Positions 1-13,695 of a stretch of 64,000 bases of DNA are shown here, piece by piece; positions within the stretch are counted from its first letter, which is position 1; the number at the start of each line of letters is the position of its first letter. Source of the DNA: Eledone cirrhosa. Taxonomy: Eukaryota. The position numbers were made by a program, and so were the translations under genes. Under the pieces are notes generated by a model. The model was not told the DNA's origin. It did no database searches and saw only the letters and a list, made by a program, of their open reading frames with translations. The DNA is taken from the NCBI GenBank assembly GCA_964016885.1, contig OZ024765.1:12710001-12774000 (forward strand), given 5' to 3'.

Positions 1-101
1 ACACACACACACACATATACACCCAAGGGCATACATATAAAGAACCACACCCAGCCGTTACTTTATAAGGTCAGAGTACTAATAATAACAACAACAACAA
101 C

Positions 102-135
<34 letters not shown>

Positions 136-528
136 GTAATAATAAAACAATGAAATCGTAAATCAAAGAACTGCCCTCCCCCGCTATCCCACCATGCCCT
201 GTAATAATGTGTTTTTCTTGTCTTACTTCCAAACAGCTACAAGATTTGGTTTAACACCTACATGTAAATATCTTTTTTATCACACCTGTGATGGTGGTGT
301 TGTTGTTGCTGTTGATGATGTTGGTGGTGGTAGTTGTAGAGGTGGTGGTGGTGGTGGTGTTTGTGGTGGTGGTGTTGGTATTGTTGTTGATGGTAGTGGT
401 TGCGGGGGTGGTGTATTTTGATATACACGTACATGCATACGTATGTACATCCAAATATAAATGCATACATACATAAATACAAAACGTAAGCACACATGCA
501 TTTCTCCCTCTCTCCTCTTTCCTTGCCC

Positions 529-656
<128 letters not shown>

Positions 657-839
657 TATAAATGAAGTAATTCCGTCGGAAAGTTCCAGGAAAAAAGAAT
701 GCTCCATGTAGGTTTCAGAGCTTAATAGTTATGTAATAAACAACATAAGATAATTATTTCATTTACCAGTGGTTCCTCACTTTCATATAGATTATATTTT
801 TTGCTTTTAAAATCCACTGTCAATAAATACACCAGGATT

Positions 840-900
840 TTTCATTCTGATGACTGAAAGCAAATTTCGTTTGCTTTCAAGAAACCACTGGTAAATGAAA
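840..900 (+). ncRNA. Type I hammerhead ribozyme motif (Penelope-associated)
   Basis: TTTCATT-CTGATGA-c-TGAAAGCAAA/TTTGCTTTCA(stem II)-a-GAAA-CCA c TGG(stem III)-TA-AATGAAA. Stem I TTTCATT/AATGAAA is a perfect 7 bp; cleavage triplet GUA. Confidence 0.85.
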
Positions 901-1168
901 TAATTATCTTATGTTGTTTATTACATAACTATATATACAGTATATATATATATTTAAGAGGGAGAGAGAGAGTCGATCGACTTTCGTCAAACAAAGTTTC
1001 CGTTGGTCTTTCCAATTGCTAATATTATCTATCGGTGGCAACTCCAGGTACAAGGAGCAACGTGAAATAAAGTATCTTGCTCAAGGACATAAATACCACC
1101 CGGTCTAGGAATCGAACTCACAGCCTCACGATTGCGAGTCCAATTCTCTAACGACTCAGCCACATGCC

Positions 1169-1230
<62 letters not shown>

Positions 1231-2149
1231 ATGTTTTCAATTATTGGGGATAGAGACCCATTAGTGTTTTCTTATCTATTATTCATTTTATTAAGTCTTA
1301 ATAAAATGAATATTTAAACTCTGCATCGGTATTGTGTTCTTTTTTCTCAGCCGTCAACAACATGCGTATATATATATATATATAAAACAAAGGAATTGTG
1401 GTAAGGAACCAGATGGACCATAAGGCACCAGAGTACTCAATACTTAGGGTAGTGGAAACGGCTTGAGCTCTGCCGTCGGGGTCATACTTTTTCCTATATA
1501 TATATATATGTGTGTGTGCAGAAGTAATGACGGTCTCACGAAAATGTACCTGGTACATTCCATAAGAGTGGTTGGCGACAGGAAGGGCACACCACTGTAG
1601 AAACCATGCCTAAAAGGGTTGAAAGGACCCTTCAGTTGTGTCAATGACACAACAACCTCTCTAGTATGTATATGTGTGTGTATGAGTGTATGTGTGAGTA
1701 TGTATATTTGCTTGTAAAAAAGCTGAGAAGGTTTGAAGATTGTGATGTGCGCCAGGCCATGACATATTTGTGAGGCTACTGTCTATATATTGTTACCGGC
1801 CTGCGTGCTTGCGTCTCAGCTGACCAGCATAGGGAGTGACTGAGGCTGAACTGAAAGGTGTGCATGTGTGTGAGTGTTTATATAGGCGCACAAGGGTGTG
1901 TAATCGTACAGGTGTGTGTAGGAATAATGGCATATGCACGCATATGAACTAGGAAGAGCTTTCGACGTGCATACGTCATGATATTTCGACAAAATTCCAC
2001 CGCCTGAAAACTAATTGAATTAATTTCTATTATCAGTAGAATTAAGTACAAGAATTGCAGGAGCTTGTGCAGTAATACGCCAGCTTCAACACAGTCATTA
2101 TGCGAAAACTAAGACCCTCATCCTCTCAAGGAAGCTTGTGCAGTGTACT

Positions 2150-2400
2150 CTACATGTGAATACAGTTCCACTGAAGCAGGTAGAGAAGTTCAAGTATCTC
2201 TGAGCCATATTTACAAGTGATGGAAGGCAGGAGGCTGAATTAAGTGCAAGAATTGCAAAAGCTGGTGCAGCAATGTGCCAGCTTCAGCATTCAGCCATCA
2301 GAAGAAAGGGAGGTAGTTGTAAAAGCCAAACTTATTATCTTCAATTTAGTATTCGTACCAACCCTTACCTATGGTCATAGATCTTGGGTAGTGACGGAGT
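2150..2400 (+). mobile_element. RTE-clade LINE reverse transcriptase fragment (decayed)
   Basis: Translates to VEKFKYL*AIFTSDGRQEAELSARIAKAGAAM, typical of the RTE/Expander post-RT region; in-frame stop. Confidence 0.75.
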
Positions 2401-2496
2401 AGACAACTGATGAAGGTAAAATGTCCATCTCTTGTTTGTGTCCCCTTATTTTCTAACACTCGTTATCAGTGACCACACAGCCTCGTCTTTCTCAAT

Positions 2497-2534
<38 letters not shown>

Positions 2535-3081
2535 AAAGTTTGTCCTTCATCAGTGATCTTCCAACTATCATAGGCATTTCATCGCTTTAAAGACCATATA
2601 CCTCCAGTTGGTGCGAGCAACGGCTAAAAAAAGTCGTTGGGACACGTAAATAAAGGGGACGCGAGGGTAATTTTTCTAATAATAATAAATAACTAATAAT
2701 TTTTCTTTCCCATTTTATTATTATTCGTATAAATATGCAACTTAACTGCACTTCGCCCATACGCCGTTGAAAAAGCATATAATGCTGAAACTGGTACCAC
2801 TATTAAATGCGGAAATACCCACTTTATAAATAAATGTTTTGATATTATACTGAAAGAATCTCTTCAGCATTTTCTACTGAATTTTTTTCCTTTTTACTAT
2901 TTGTTTATATATATATATATCCCGAACCTAATATAACTGTGCACTTTTGTTTCCTTTATTAGCTATATATATACATACATATATATATATACATATATAT
3001 ATAATATATATATATTATATATATAGATATTATATATATATATATATATATATAAACACACACATACATACAGACACGTAC

Positions 3082-3210
3082 AATGGGATTTGTCATGAAT
3101 GATCACCGGGAATGAAAGTTCTGCACTCCCTGACGCCCATTCCATAGATATTAGGTATGTGGACGGCACAACCCAAACATTCACGATCTCTGACAAATTG
3201 AAAATATTCA
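3082..3210 (-). CDS. Internal coding exon (phase 1-1, 129 nt) of a minus-strand gene, weakly FN3-like
   Basis: Acceptor CTAACTATACAG, donor GTACGT; open frame (V)NIFNLSEIVNVWVVPSTYLISMEWASGSAELSFPVIIHDKSH; complex sequence amid repeats; phase matches the signal-peptide exon at 38502-38571. Confidence 0.55.
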
Positions 3211-3752
3211 CTGTATAGTTAGATGAATCACGAATATCTTAAAATCATTTATCCATTTCGAAATATCATAATGACAAAAATAAAGAGAGAGAGGGAACAA
3301 GAAGAAGAACGAAACAAAGAAAAACAGGGGAGATAAACAGGAATAGGAAATCTCTATACCCATTGGCTAAACAAGATGGCGAAAACTATGACGCGTTTGC
3401 TTAAAGCTTTTTGAGGCATGAAAATAAGTGGAGCGAGGTGTAATATTCTGCTTCGTAACAAAGAAATGTTCACACTCGGTGGGTTCTGAAGTGGAAACAC
3501 ATCATAGATTTGATACTTCTCTAAACGAGGAATCGGTGAACTGGCAGATTCGTTAAAACATTGGATGGAATGCCTTGTGTTATTTGTTCCGGCTCTCAGC
3601 CCTCTCTGAAATCAAAACACGTTTTTATTTCAAACCCATTCTTATCTTATTTCATAAATGAAATAAAAATGGCGTAGACATTACAATACAACGGGAGGAA
3701 ACATAATAATACCACTGATGATGTCGTAGATGTGTGACGAAAGAACTTTGAT

Positions 3753-3817
<65 letters not shown>

Positions 3818-3982
3818 CTGTATTTTTAACCGTTGGTCAATCAATGATAAACATTGATTGCCAAATAAATTAACTATGGAGATATAAAAGATACAGAAGC
3901 GAAAACAAATCCAAACCAAACAGTGAGTGTGTTCTGTTATTATTTCTGGCAATATTATAACAATATGACCCTCCAAAAATAT

Positions 3983-4065
<83 letters not shown>

Positions 4066-4373
4066 CATAAATACATGGCTTACAGCGATATAAGATGAAG
4101 AAATAATTACAATGAAACCAACAAAACATTAGGGATGGATAAGCTAATAGATAAATAGAGGGCGAAAGAGAAAGAAAGCGAGAGGGGGAGAGAGAGACAG
4201 ACATATTAATCTGTGAACAGAGACTAACATTAAATAAGGTGTACAATGTGAATTTTTCTGAAAATTGACTTGAGTTGAAGAAGCAGCCAAACGAATCCTA
4301 GAAAATATTAGTCATTTCACAGATATTCTATTGATTGCTTGTAAAAAATTCGTTTGTATTTCTATAAAGACAT

Positions 4374-4691
4374 TGTAGCGGTTGTCTCCCTTGTTTTGAT
4401 TAGGATCTAGATGGGAGGTAGAACCCTTTCTGCAACTTCCGGTCAGAGCCCTATAAAACTAACAACTTTAAGCTCTCTTTCTCTCATTGCCTTTTCGGCA
4501 CCAGGTCAAGAGCCTCTCATTTGGCTCTGCCATTCATTAGGCCAACAGACGCCTGGCCTTAGCCAGGCGTCCTCGGCCAGCCGCGTTTGCCTGGCAATCA
4601 AAACGGTAACTACTAACTTTGCTTCATTCTATCATCCTCATCTTTGACATGTCAACTATACTATCTACCATTGTTAATTAAATATTATACA
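4374..4691 (+). mobile_element. Possible solo LTR
   Basis: Starts TGTAG, internal TATAAAA (about 4452), ends ATTAAATATTATACA; no clear TSD. Confidence 0.35.
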
Positions 4692-5174
4692 CACAAACAA
4701 TGTATTCCTTGTTACATTCATACAACCCAGTATTCTCGCTATAACATAAATGCCTGTGTTTTTGATTGTTTGTATGTGTGGCTGAATGGTAAGAGAATTG
4801 GATTCACAATCGTGAGGTGATGAACACAACCACAGGGATAGGGTCCGAACGTGGAAGACTCGAACTCTCACTGTCACCATCTCCAACTCTCTCGCCCCCC
4901 CCCATCTCTCTGTATGGTGAGCAAATGAGGTCCCACGTGGTGGCCTCCCCACAGCCCCGGCGGACAGAATGGAGAAGGCGTTTCCCCGGAGGATGGTAAG
5001 GGGGATGCGTGTAATTTCGATTCCTGGACCGAGGGATACGTTATGTCCTTGAGCAAGACACTTTATTTCACGTTGCTCTTGCTACCTGGAGTTGCGACCG
5101 ATAGATAGTATTAGCAATTGGAAAGACCAACGGAAACACTGTTTCCTCGGTCCGATTTGACTAAAGTCGATCGA

Positions 5175-6071
5175 CTAGATTTAACATCGTTCTAGCGGGT
5201 CCGGGTGAGTTTTTTACATTCATTTAATTTATTAAATTATTGATATTTTATTTGAGTAACCCGAATCTTCCTGGTCGTTCTTTTTCGGCTGTATGGGTGA
5301 TTTTAGGCATGATCTCTGTGTGTTGGTATTTTAACGATAGTTATAGCTCTGATTTTTCCAAATTATTGAGCCCTCTGCCACATATATCGGATATTGTTTA
5401 TCGTGATTTCGTGGGCTGATATTCCGATTCTCGATTATTCTACTATATTTAGCTCTAGACCCTAGCTATTGACCAGTTAATTTTATTGATGATTTTTTTG
5501 TTGATCTTATTGACTGATGAATAGCTCTTGTTTATTTTAACATGTCTGTTGAGCACTCTGATTCGATATGTGATAATTTGTATTCTTACATAATTTACAC
5601 ATCACCGAATTCTTTCGCTAATATAAGGGTTCCCTCTCTTGCTGAATACCATGTGCGTTGTTTGGCTTCGGGTCCCCTCTGTATTATGGAACGAAATACT
5701 CGTTGAAGAAGCCTTTCCTCGTTCGTCTCTTCTCTAGAAGTCTTATATATCTTTTATGTGGGCTGATAGTGATTGGATTAAGGAATTGCAGAAACCCAAG
5801 AAGCTAGATTTAACATCGTTCTAGCGGGTCCGGGTGAGTTTTTTTTACATTCATTTAATTTATTAAATTATTGATATTTTATTTGAGTGACCCGAATCTT
5901 CCTGGTCGTTCTTTTTCGGCTGTATGGGTGATTTTAGGCATGATCTCTGTGTGTTGGTATTTTAACGATAGTTATAGCTCTGATTTTTCCAAATTATTGA
6001 GCCCTCTGCCACATATATCGGATATTGTTTATCGTGATTTCGTGGGCTGATATTCCGATTCTCGATTATTC

Positions 6072-6078
<7 letters not shown>
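5175..6078 (+). mobile_element. Penelope-like element remnant with direct (pLTR-like) repeat
   Basis: About 275-bp near-identical direct repeats at 5175-5448 and 5804-6078, ending in (TA)n; a hammerhead variant spans the start of copy 2. Confidence 0.6.
5698..5835 (+). ncRNA. Variant hammerhead motif (UUGAAGA core, large stem II and III loops)
   Basis: ACTCG-TTGAAGA-a-GCCTTTCCT...AGGAATTGC-a-GAAA-CCC...GGG-TC-CGGGT; stem I ACUCG/CGGGU; GUC triplet. Confidence 0.5.
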
Positions 6079-6107
<29 letters not shown>

Positions 6108-7763
6108 TGGGTCAAGTGTGAAATTTTAGAAATTTTTTTTTTTTTCTACAAATTTCATACTTGGCGATCCAATATATATGAAAAGAGTCAGGACCCCGAT
6201 GGCTGAGCTCCAGCCGTTTCGACAGCTAGATCCGAACTAAAGCACCAGTATTCGAACGGTGGGAATCTAGCTGAACTTACTAAGGGGTACAGTCCATATA
6301 TGGGCAGACAACATTTCTTTTTTCCGGGAGTGGTCAGTGATGTGGAGAGGGGGTCCTTAGATCAAATGGCTGGTTGAGTCCTGCTAAATGTCGTGTATTG
6401 GCGGTGGATTGGCAGTATCGGCAGAGGGTCGGATACCATGTTTTTCAGCATAGAGTTACGGCCCTTTACGTTTTGAGTTCAAATTCCGCTGAGGTTAGCT
6501 TTGCCTTTCATCCTTACGGGGTCGATAAAATAAAGTACCAGTAATACATTGGGGTCGATTTAATCGACTTTCCTTCCCCCTAAACAAATTGTTGGCCTTG
6601 TGCCTAAATCAGAAACCATTATATTTATTACACTCTTGGCGGCGAGGGGCTAGACAGGCCAAAACGGAAGAGGAAATGGGGGAGTAGACTTACTGACCTG
6701 GAAGTGCCAAGCCAGTCAGTCGCGCGCACACGCTATTAAGAAATAATTTATCCTTACCAACTATTTCTAATCTGTAGAAATGGTATTGTACTTAACTTCA
6801 TTAGAACCAAGAGGAAAACACCAACGAGAGAAAATATAAATTTCGACGTATTTAAGTCAAAGAAAATGGCGTAGTATATTTGTGTTTGTTAGATTGCTTT
6901 TTATAAGTTTGTTAAAAAGCTAAGCATTTATAATTCATTACTATTTCTTGGTGGATTGGCAGTATCGGTAGAGGGTCGGACGTCATGCTTTCTAGCATAG
7001 TTACGTCCCTTTACGATCTGAGTTCAAATCCCGCCGAGGTTAACTTTACCTTTCATCCTTACGGGGTCGATAAAATAAAGTACCAGTAATGAACTGGGTA
7101 ATTGCTGGCCTTGTGCCTAAAGTAGAAACAATTACTATTTCTCCTACTCATAGAGAAATCTAGTTATCAATTGCTCTATAGCCCGGGAATCAATCACTAA
7201 TTTACTTATTTTCAATCACCAATAGATCTACCATTAATCTTAAAGATAGTACTAATTATTTCTGTTCACGTACTGTTGTAAGTTAGCCTAGTTTCTATAG
7301 TAAATTAATTCCTGTTTTATATAAGAAATGCCTCAAGGTGTAATTTTAACATGTATATCAAAGCCATCGTAAAACACCAGCAAAAGGAAATAATAGATTT
7401 GAAGGTTAGCTGATAGCTTTCTTTAACAATTCTAACGCGATAGTTTTTTATTGTGCTTACGCATTGGCCTCATCTAAGTTTATATGCTATATATATATAT
7501 TATATATAGCATATAAACTATATAATATAAACTATATAATATATATATATTATATATATATATATATAGATATAATATATATATATATATAATATATATA
7601 TATAATATATATATATAATATATATATATAGATATAATATATATAGATATAATATATATAGATATATATAGATATAATATATATATATATATAATATATA
7701 TATATATATAATATATATATATATATAATATATATATATATAATATATATATATATATAATAT

Positions 7764-7833
<70 letters not shown>

Positions 7834-8023
7834 TATATATATATAATATATATATATAATATATATAGAGATATAATATATATATATATAATATATATAT
7901 ATATAATATATATATATATATAATAGATATATATTTTATATATATATATATATATATAATATATATATATATATATAATATATGATATTAAATAAATGGA
8001 AACTATATTTATAAAACCATATT

Positions 8024-8089
8024 TATTTCGTTATATATATTTCAGGGATATCATATTAACAATATGTTATGCCATCTTCAGACAAAATA
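8024..8089 (-). ncRNA. Type I hammerhead motif (inverted copy of 8423-8488)
   Basis: Reverse complement of the 8423-8488 motif within inverted repeat 7982-8116 / 8393-8530. Confidence 0.65.
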
Positions 8090-8422
8090 CAATATAAACA
8101 GTCTTATAAATAAATATCAACCAATACTCAACTTCCTAATTTCTCTATCTATCTCTATCTATCTCTTTCTTTTTTCCTCTCTCTCTATATATATTTCTCT
8201 CTGTTTCTTTACATGAAGTTCTTCTCTTTATCTATCTTTCTATATCCCTCTATTTAGTCACATGCATTTCTTCTTTTTCTTCGTTTCTCTTTCTTTCTCT
8301 CTTTATCTCTTTCTTTTTACAACTGTCCACAATATTTTTTACTGCCAAATCAACCTCCCAAATGCAAGGTGATTGAAAGGTATGTCGTATCTATTTATTT
8401 ATTTATAAGACTGTTTATATTG

Positions 8423-8488
8423 TATTTTGTCTGAAGATGGCATAACATATTGTTAATATGATATCCCTGAAATATATATAACGAAATA
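8423..8488 (+). ncRNA. Type I hammerhead motif
   Basis: TATTTTGT-CTGAAGA-tGG...CCt-GAAA-TATATA-TA-ACGAAATA; 8-bp stem I with one GU pair, palindromic stem III, weak stem II. Confidence 0.65.
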
Positions 8489-8618
8489 AATATGGTTTTA
8501 TAAATATAGTTTCCATTTATTTAATATCATAAATATACTCCAAATACTTGTTGAGTGCTTTTATATCAGTTATAAATATTTACTCGTTGTTAACCCAACA
8601 ATTTAAATATAACTTTCC

Positions 8619-8652
<34 letters not shown>

Positions 8653-8673
8653 ATATATATATATATAATATAT

Positions 8674-8707
<34 letters not shown>

Positions 8708-8822
8708 ATATATATATATATATAATATATATATATAATATATATATATATAATATATATATATATATATAATATATATATATAATATATATATATATAT
8801 AATATATATATATATAATATAT

Positions 8823-8873
<51 letters not shown>

Positions 8874-8911
8874 TATATATATAATATATATATATAATAT
8901 ATATATAATAT

Positions 8912-8954
<43 letters not shown>

Positions 8955-9341
8955 TATATATATAATATATATATATATATAATATATATATAATATATAT
9001 ATATATAATATATATATATAATATATATATATATAATATATATATATATATTATATATATATATAATATATATATATAATATATATATATAATATATATA
9101 TATATAATATATATATAATATATATATATATATAATATATATATATATATAATATATATATATATATAATATATATATATATAATAATATATATATATAA
9201 TATATATATATATAATATATATATATATATAATATATATATATAATATATATATATATATAATATATATATATATATAATATATATATATAATATATATA
9301 TATATATAATATATATATATAATATATATATATATAATAAT

Positions 9342-9372
<31 letters not shown>

Positions 9373-9604
9373 ATATATATATATATAATATATATATATA
9401 TAATAATAATATATATATAATATATATATATAATTTGAATATAATATATAAATTATGATCAGAGTTCAAATTCCACCGAGTTTAACTTTGCTTTTCAGTC
9501 TCACGGGTTCGATAAAATAAAGTACCAGTAACACACTGGGTAATTGCTGGCCTTGTGCCAAAAGTAGAAACAATTATTACAGATAAATATATTTTTGCTC
9601 TGTC

Positions 9605-10720
9605 TGTCAATAATTGTTTCTACTTTAGGCACAAGGCCAGCAATTACCCAGTGCATTACTGGTACTTTATTTTATCGACCCCGTAAGGATGAAAGGCAAA
9701 GTCAACCTCGGCGGGATTTGAACTCAGGGACGTAACTATGCTGGAAAGCATGGTGTCCGACCCTCTACTGATACTGCCAATCCACATGTCAATAATTGTT
9801 TCTACTTTAGGCACAAGGCCAGCAATTAACCAGTGCATTACTGGTACTTTATTTTATCGACCCCGTAAGGATGAAAGGCAAAGTCAACCTCGGCGGGATT
9901 TGAACTCAGGGACGTAACTATGCTGGAAAGCATGGTGTCCGACCCTCTACTGATACTGCCAATCCACATGTCAATAATTGTTTCTACTTTAGGCACAAGG
10001 CCAGCAATTACCCAGTGCATTACTGGTACTTTATTTTATCGACCCCGTAAGGATGAAAGGCAAAGTCAACCTCGGCGGGATTTGAACTCAGGGACGTAAC
10101 TATGCTGGAAAGCATGGTGTCCGACCCTCTACTGATACTGCCAATCCACATGTCAATAATTGTTTCTACTTTAGGCACAAGGCCAGCAATTAACCAGTGC
10201 ATTACTGGTACTTTATTTTATCGACCCCGTAAGGATGAAAGGCAAAGTCAACCTCGGCGGGATTTGAACTCAGGGACGTAACTATGCTGGAAAGCATGGT
10301 GTCCGACCCTCTACTGATACTGCCAATCCACATGTCAATAATTGTTTCTACTTTAGGCACAAGGCCAGCAATTACCCAGTGCATTACTGGTACTTTATTT
10401 TATCGACCCCGTAAGGATGAAAGGCAAAGTCAACCTCGGCGGGATTTGAACTCAGGGACGTAACTATGCTGGAAAGCATGGTGTCCGACCCTCTACTGAT
10501 ACTGCCAATCCACATGTCAATAATTGTTTCTACTTTAGGCACAAGGCCAGCAATTACCCAGTGCATTACTGGTACTTTATTTTATCGACCCCGTAAGGAT
10601 GAAAGGCAAAGTCAACCTCGGCGGGATTTGAACTCAGATCGTAAAGGGACGTAACTATGGTGGAAAGCATGGCGTCCGACCCTCTACCGATACTGCCAAT
10701 CCACCGCCCATGTCAATAAT
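9605..10720 (-). repeat. Tandem array of 6 SINE copies (182-bp unit)
   Basis: TGTCAATAATTGTTTCTACT recurs every 182 bp from 9605; identical 60-aa pseudo-ORFs in the ORF track; the last copy carries the full SINE head. Confidence 0.95.
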
Positions 10721-10956
10721 CTAAGCTAATCTAATCTGGCCGAGTTTACGCTCACAAATAAGAACCAGGGCCACCCCTAGGAGCATTGGATTTGGTGTAC
10801 TTCATATCTGTTTCGGTTGCTGAATACAATTAGGGGTCGCTGCTTCTCCTGAAGGTCAATAGTTCTCTTCTAACTCGAACGGGAGCCCCTTTCTATTGTC
10901 AATTTGCATTGATCATCTTCCAAAGCCGCATTGTTCTCAGAACCACTACACCAGTT

Positions 10957-11239
10957 TATACTGATAAACGTTGATTTACGGACATGAAATCTCGTTGGGT
11001 TACAAACTATCATTCACTGGAGAAATTTATAACTCGTCCAATGATGCGGTCGGACATCAATGGGTCCAGTTTAATACGATTCGAGTATTACCCTCTCACA
11101 TATTATGCACCGAAATACGAAGATGGAGAATGGTTACGCCCTGTGTTTAAGTGTGATGAACGAGTTAATGCTTGGGTTCTCACTTATGTTGTGCCATTTT
11201 TTGCAACAAATACATTGAAGAGTCAAATTAAATTCAAGT
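10957..11239 (+). pseudogene. Orphan exon fragment of a GPR158-like extracellular (Cache-type) domain protein
   Basis: YTDKR*FTDMKSRW...YYAPKYEDGEWLRPVFKCDERVNAWVLTYVVPFFATNTLKSQIKFK, then donor GTACGT. Resembles the G-x-W-x-x-P-x-F-x-C...W-x-x-TY-x-x-PFF...F-K/R motif of invertebrate GPR158-like proteins (recalled). TGA at 10972-10974; no partner exons recognised. Confidence 0.7.
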
Positions 11240-11874
11240 ACGTTATCTATATACTTTCATTATCATCATCACCATTGTTTTTACATCCTTTTTCCATCCT
11301 TGTATTGGTTTGACATCATCATCATCATTTGCATTGATCATCTGCAAAGCCGCATTGTTCTCAGAACCACTACACCAGTTTTTCGATGTGTGCAGCTGGA
11401 ACTACTGCCACCCATTTATTTGGCAGGATCGCAACTTATTTCTACAGCTGAGTAAACTGGAGTAACGTGAAATAAAGTGTCTTGCTGAAGGACACAACAC
11501 ATCACCCGGTCTGAGAATCAAACTCACAACCTTTCGATTGCAAGCCCAATGATCTAACCACTAAGCCATGCGTCTGTCAATAAAATGGAAGAACAGACAA
11601 AGGAATTAAATAATTGAAGACGAGAATGAAGGAAGAGAAGGAATTAAAGGAAAGAATGGTTGGTAATAAATAAATAAATAGATGAAAAGATGAAGCAATT
11701 AAAGCAACAAAGATAAAAGCAAAACATCGATCAAATCCTCAATAACGTACTATAACAACAACAACAACAACAGCATATCAAATAAAGCAACAATAACATA
11801 AACAACAACAATAATAACAACAGCATGACACTGTCCTTATTACCGCTTACATCATCATACAACTCTCTCCTACA

Positions 11875-11926
<52 letters not shown>

Positions 11927-11931
11927 ACTCA

Positions 11932-11962
<31 letters not shown>

Positions 11963-12008
11963 ACTCACTCACTCACTCACTCACTCACTCACTCACTCAC
12001 TCACTCAC

Positions 12009-12046
<38 letters not shown>

Positions 12047-12205
12047 ACTCTCTCTCTTCCACTCACTCTCTCTCTCCCTTTCTCCTCACCCTTTCTTACT
12101 CTCTTTCTCTTCCTCAGTCCACTTTCTATAAATAGATGAAAAGAAGAAGCAATCAAAGCAACAAAGATAAAAGCAAAACATATCGATCAAACCCTCAATA
12201 ACGTA

Positions 12206-12529
12206 CTATAACAACAACAACAACATCATATCAAATAAAGCAGCAATAGACAGAGGCAGCAGCAATAATATAAGCAACAATAACAACAACAACATCAGCA
12301 GCAGCAGCAATAACAACAACAACATCATCATCAGCAGCAGCAGCAGCAGCAATAAGAACAGCAACTGCAGCAATAACAACAACAACATCAGCAGCAACAA
12401 CAATAAGAACAACAACTGCAGCAACAACAACATCAGCAGCAACAGCAATAAGAACAGCAACTGCAGCAACAACAACAACACCACTAACAACAACAACAAT
12501 AACAGCAACAACAACAGCAGCAGCAGCAA

Positions 12530-12600
<71 letters not shown>

Positions 12601-12607
12601 ACAGCAG

Positions 12608-12641
<34 letters not shown>

Positions 12642-12655
12642 AACAACAACAGCAG

Positions 12656-12746
<91 letters not shown>

Positions 12747-12760
12747 AACAACAGCCACAG

Positions 12761-12795
<35 letters not shown>

Positions 12796-13012
12796 GCAGC
12801 AACAACAACAGCAACAGCAGCAGCAACAGCAGCAGCAGCAACAGCAGCAACAACAACAACAACAGCAGCAGCAACAGCAGCAACAGCAACAACAACAACA
12901 GCAGCAACAACAGCAACAACAGCAGCAGCAACAGCAACAGCAGCAGCAACAGCAACAACAGCAGCAGCAGCAACAACAACAACAACAGTAACAGCAGCAG
13001 CAACAGCAACAG

Positions 13013-13045
<33 letters not shown>

Positions 13046-13159
13046 TAACAGCAGCAGCAACAGCAACAGCAACAACAACAACAGCAGCAACAACAGCAAC
13101 AACAGCAGCAGCAACAGCAACAGCAACAACAGCAGCAACAACAACAACAACAACAGCAA

Positions 13160-13242
<83 letters not shown>

Positions 13243-13414
13243 ACAGCAACAACAACAACAGCAGCAACAACAGCAGCAGCAGCAACAACAACAACAACAA
13301 CAGCAACAACAACAGCAACAGCAGCAGCAGCAACAGCAGCAACAACAACAACAACAACAGCAGCAACAGCAGCAACAGCAACAACAACAACAGCAGCAAC
13401 AACAGCAACAACAG

Positions 13415-13446
<32 letters not shown>

Positions 13447-13478
13447 GCAACAACAGCAGCAGCAACAACAACAACAGT

Positions 13479-13541
<63 letters not shown>

Positions 13542-13663
13542 AGCAGCAACAACAACAACAGCAGCAACAACAGCAGCAACAGCAGCAGCAACAGCAACAG
13601 CAGCAACAACAGCAACAACAGCAGCAGCAGCAACAACAACAACAGCAACAGCAGCAGCAGCAA

Positions 13664-13695
<32 letters not shown>

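Larger units (their letters stand above)
7490..9450. repeat. Long (TA)n/(TAA) microsatellite fields flanking a fold-back insertion
   Basis: Direct reading: TA tracts at about 7490-7980 and 8620-9450. Confidence 0.95.

Noticed and set aside
2540-2600. CTGATGA on the minus strand (related copy about 17000-17050)
   Set aside because: No downstream GAAA/stem III/stem I can be assembled; truncated by a TA tract. Isolated CTGATGA at about 2407, 5514, 17673, 25496, 34388, 55468 and 59662 also lacks the fold.
8603-9469. Ile/Tyr-rich ORFs here and at about 19500-22500, 37400-38500 and 55760-56160
   Set aside because: Translations of (TA)n/(CA)n microsatellites.
9656-10566. Five tandem 60-aa ORFs
   Set aside because: Reading frames through tandem SINE copies, not a peptide gene cluster.
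10972-10974. Selenocysteine recoding of the in-frame TGA
   Set aside because: The expected residue is Trp, not Cys, and no SECIS context is apparent.
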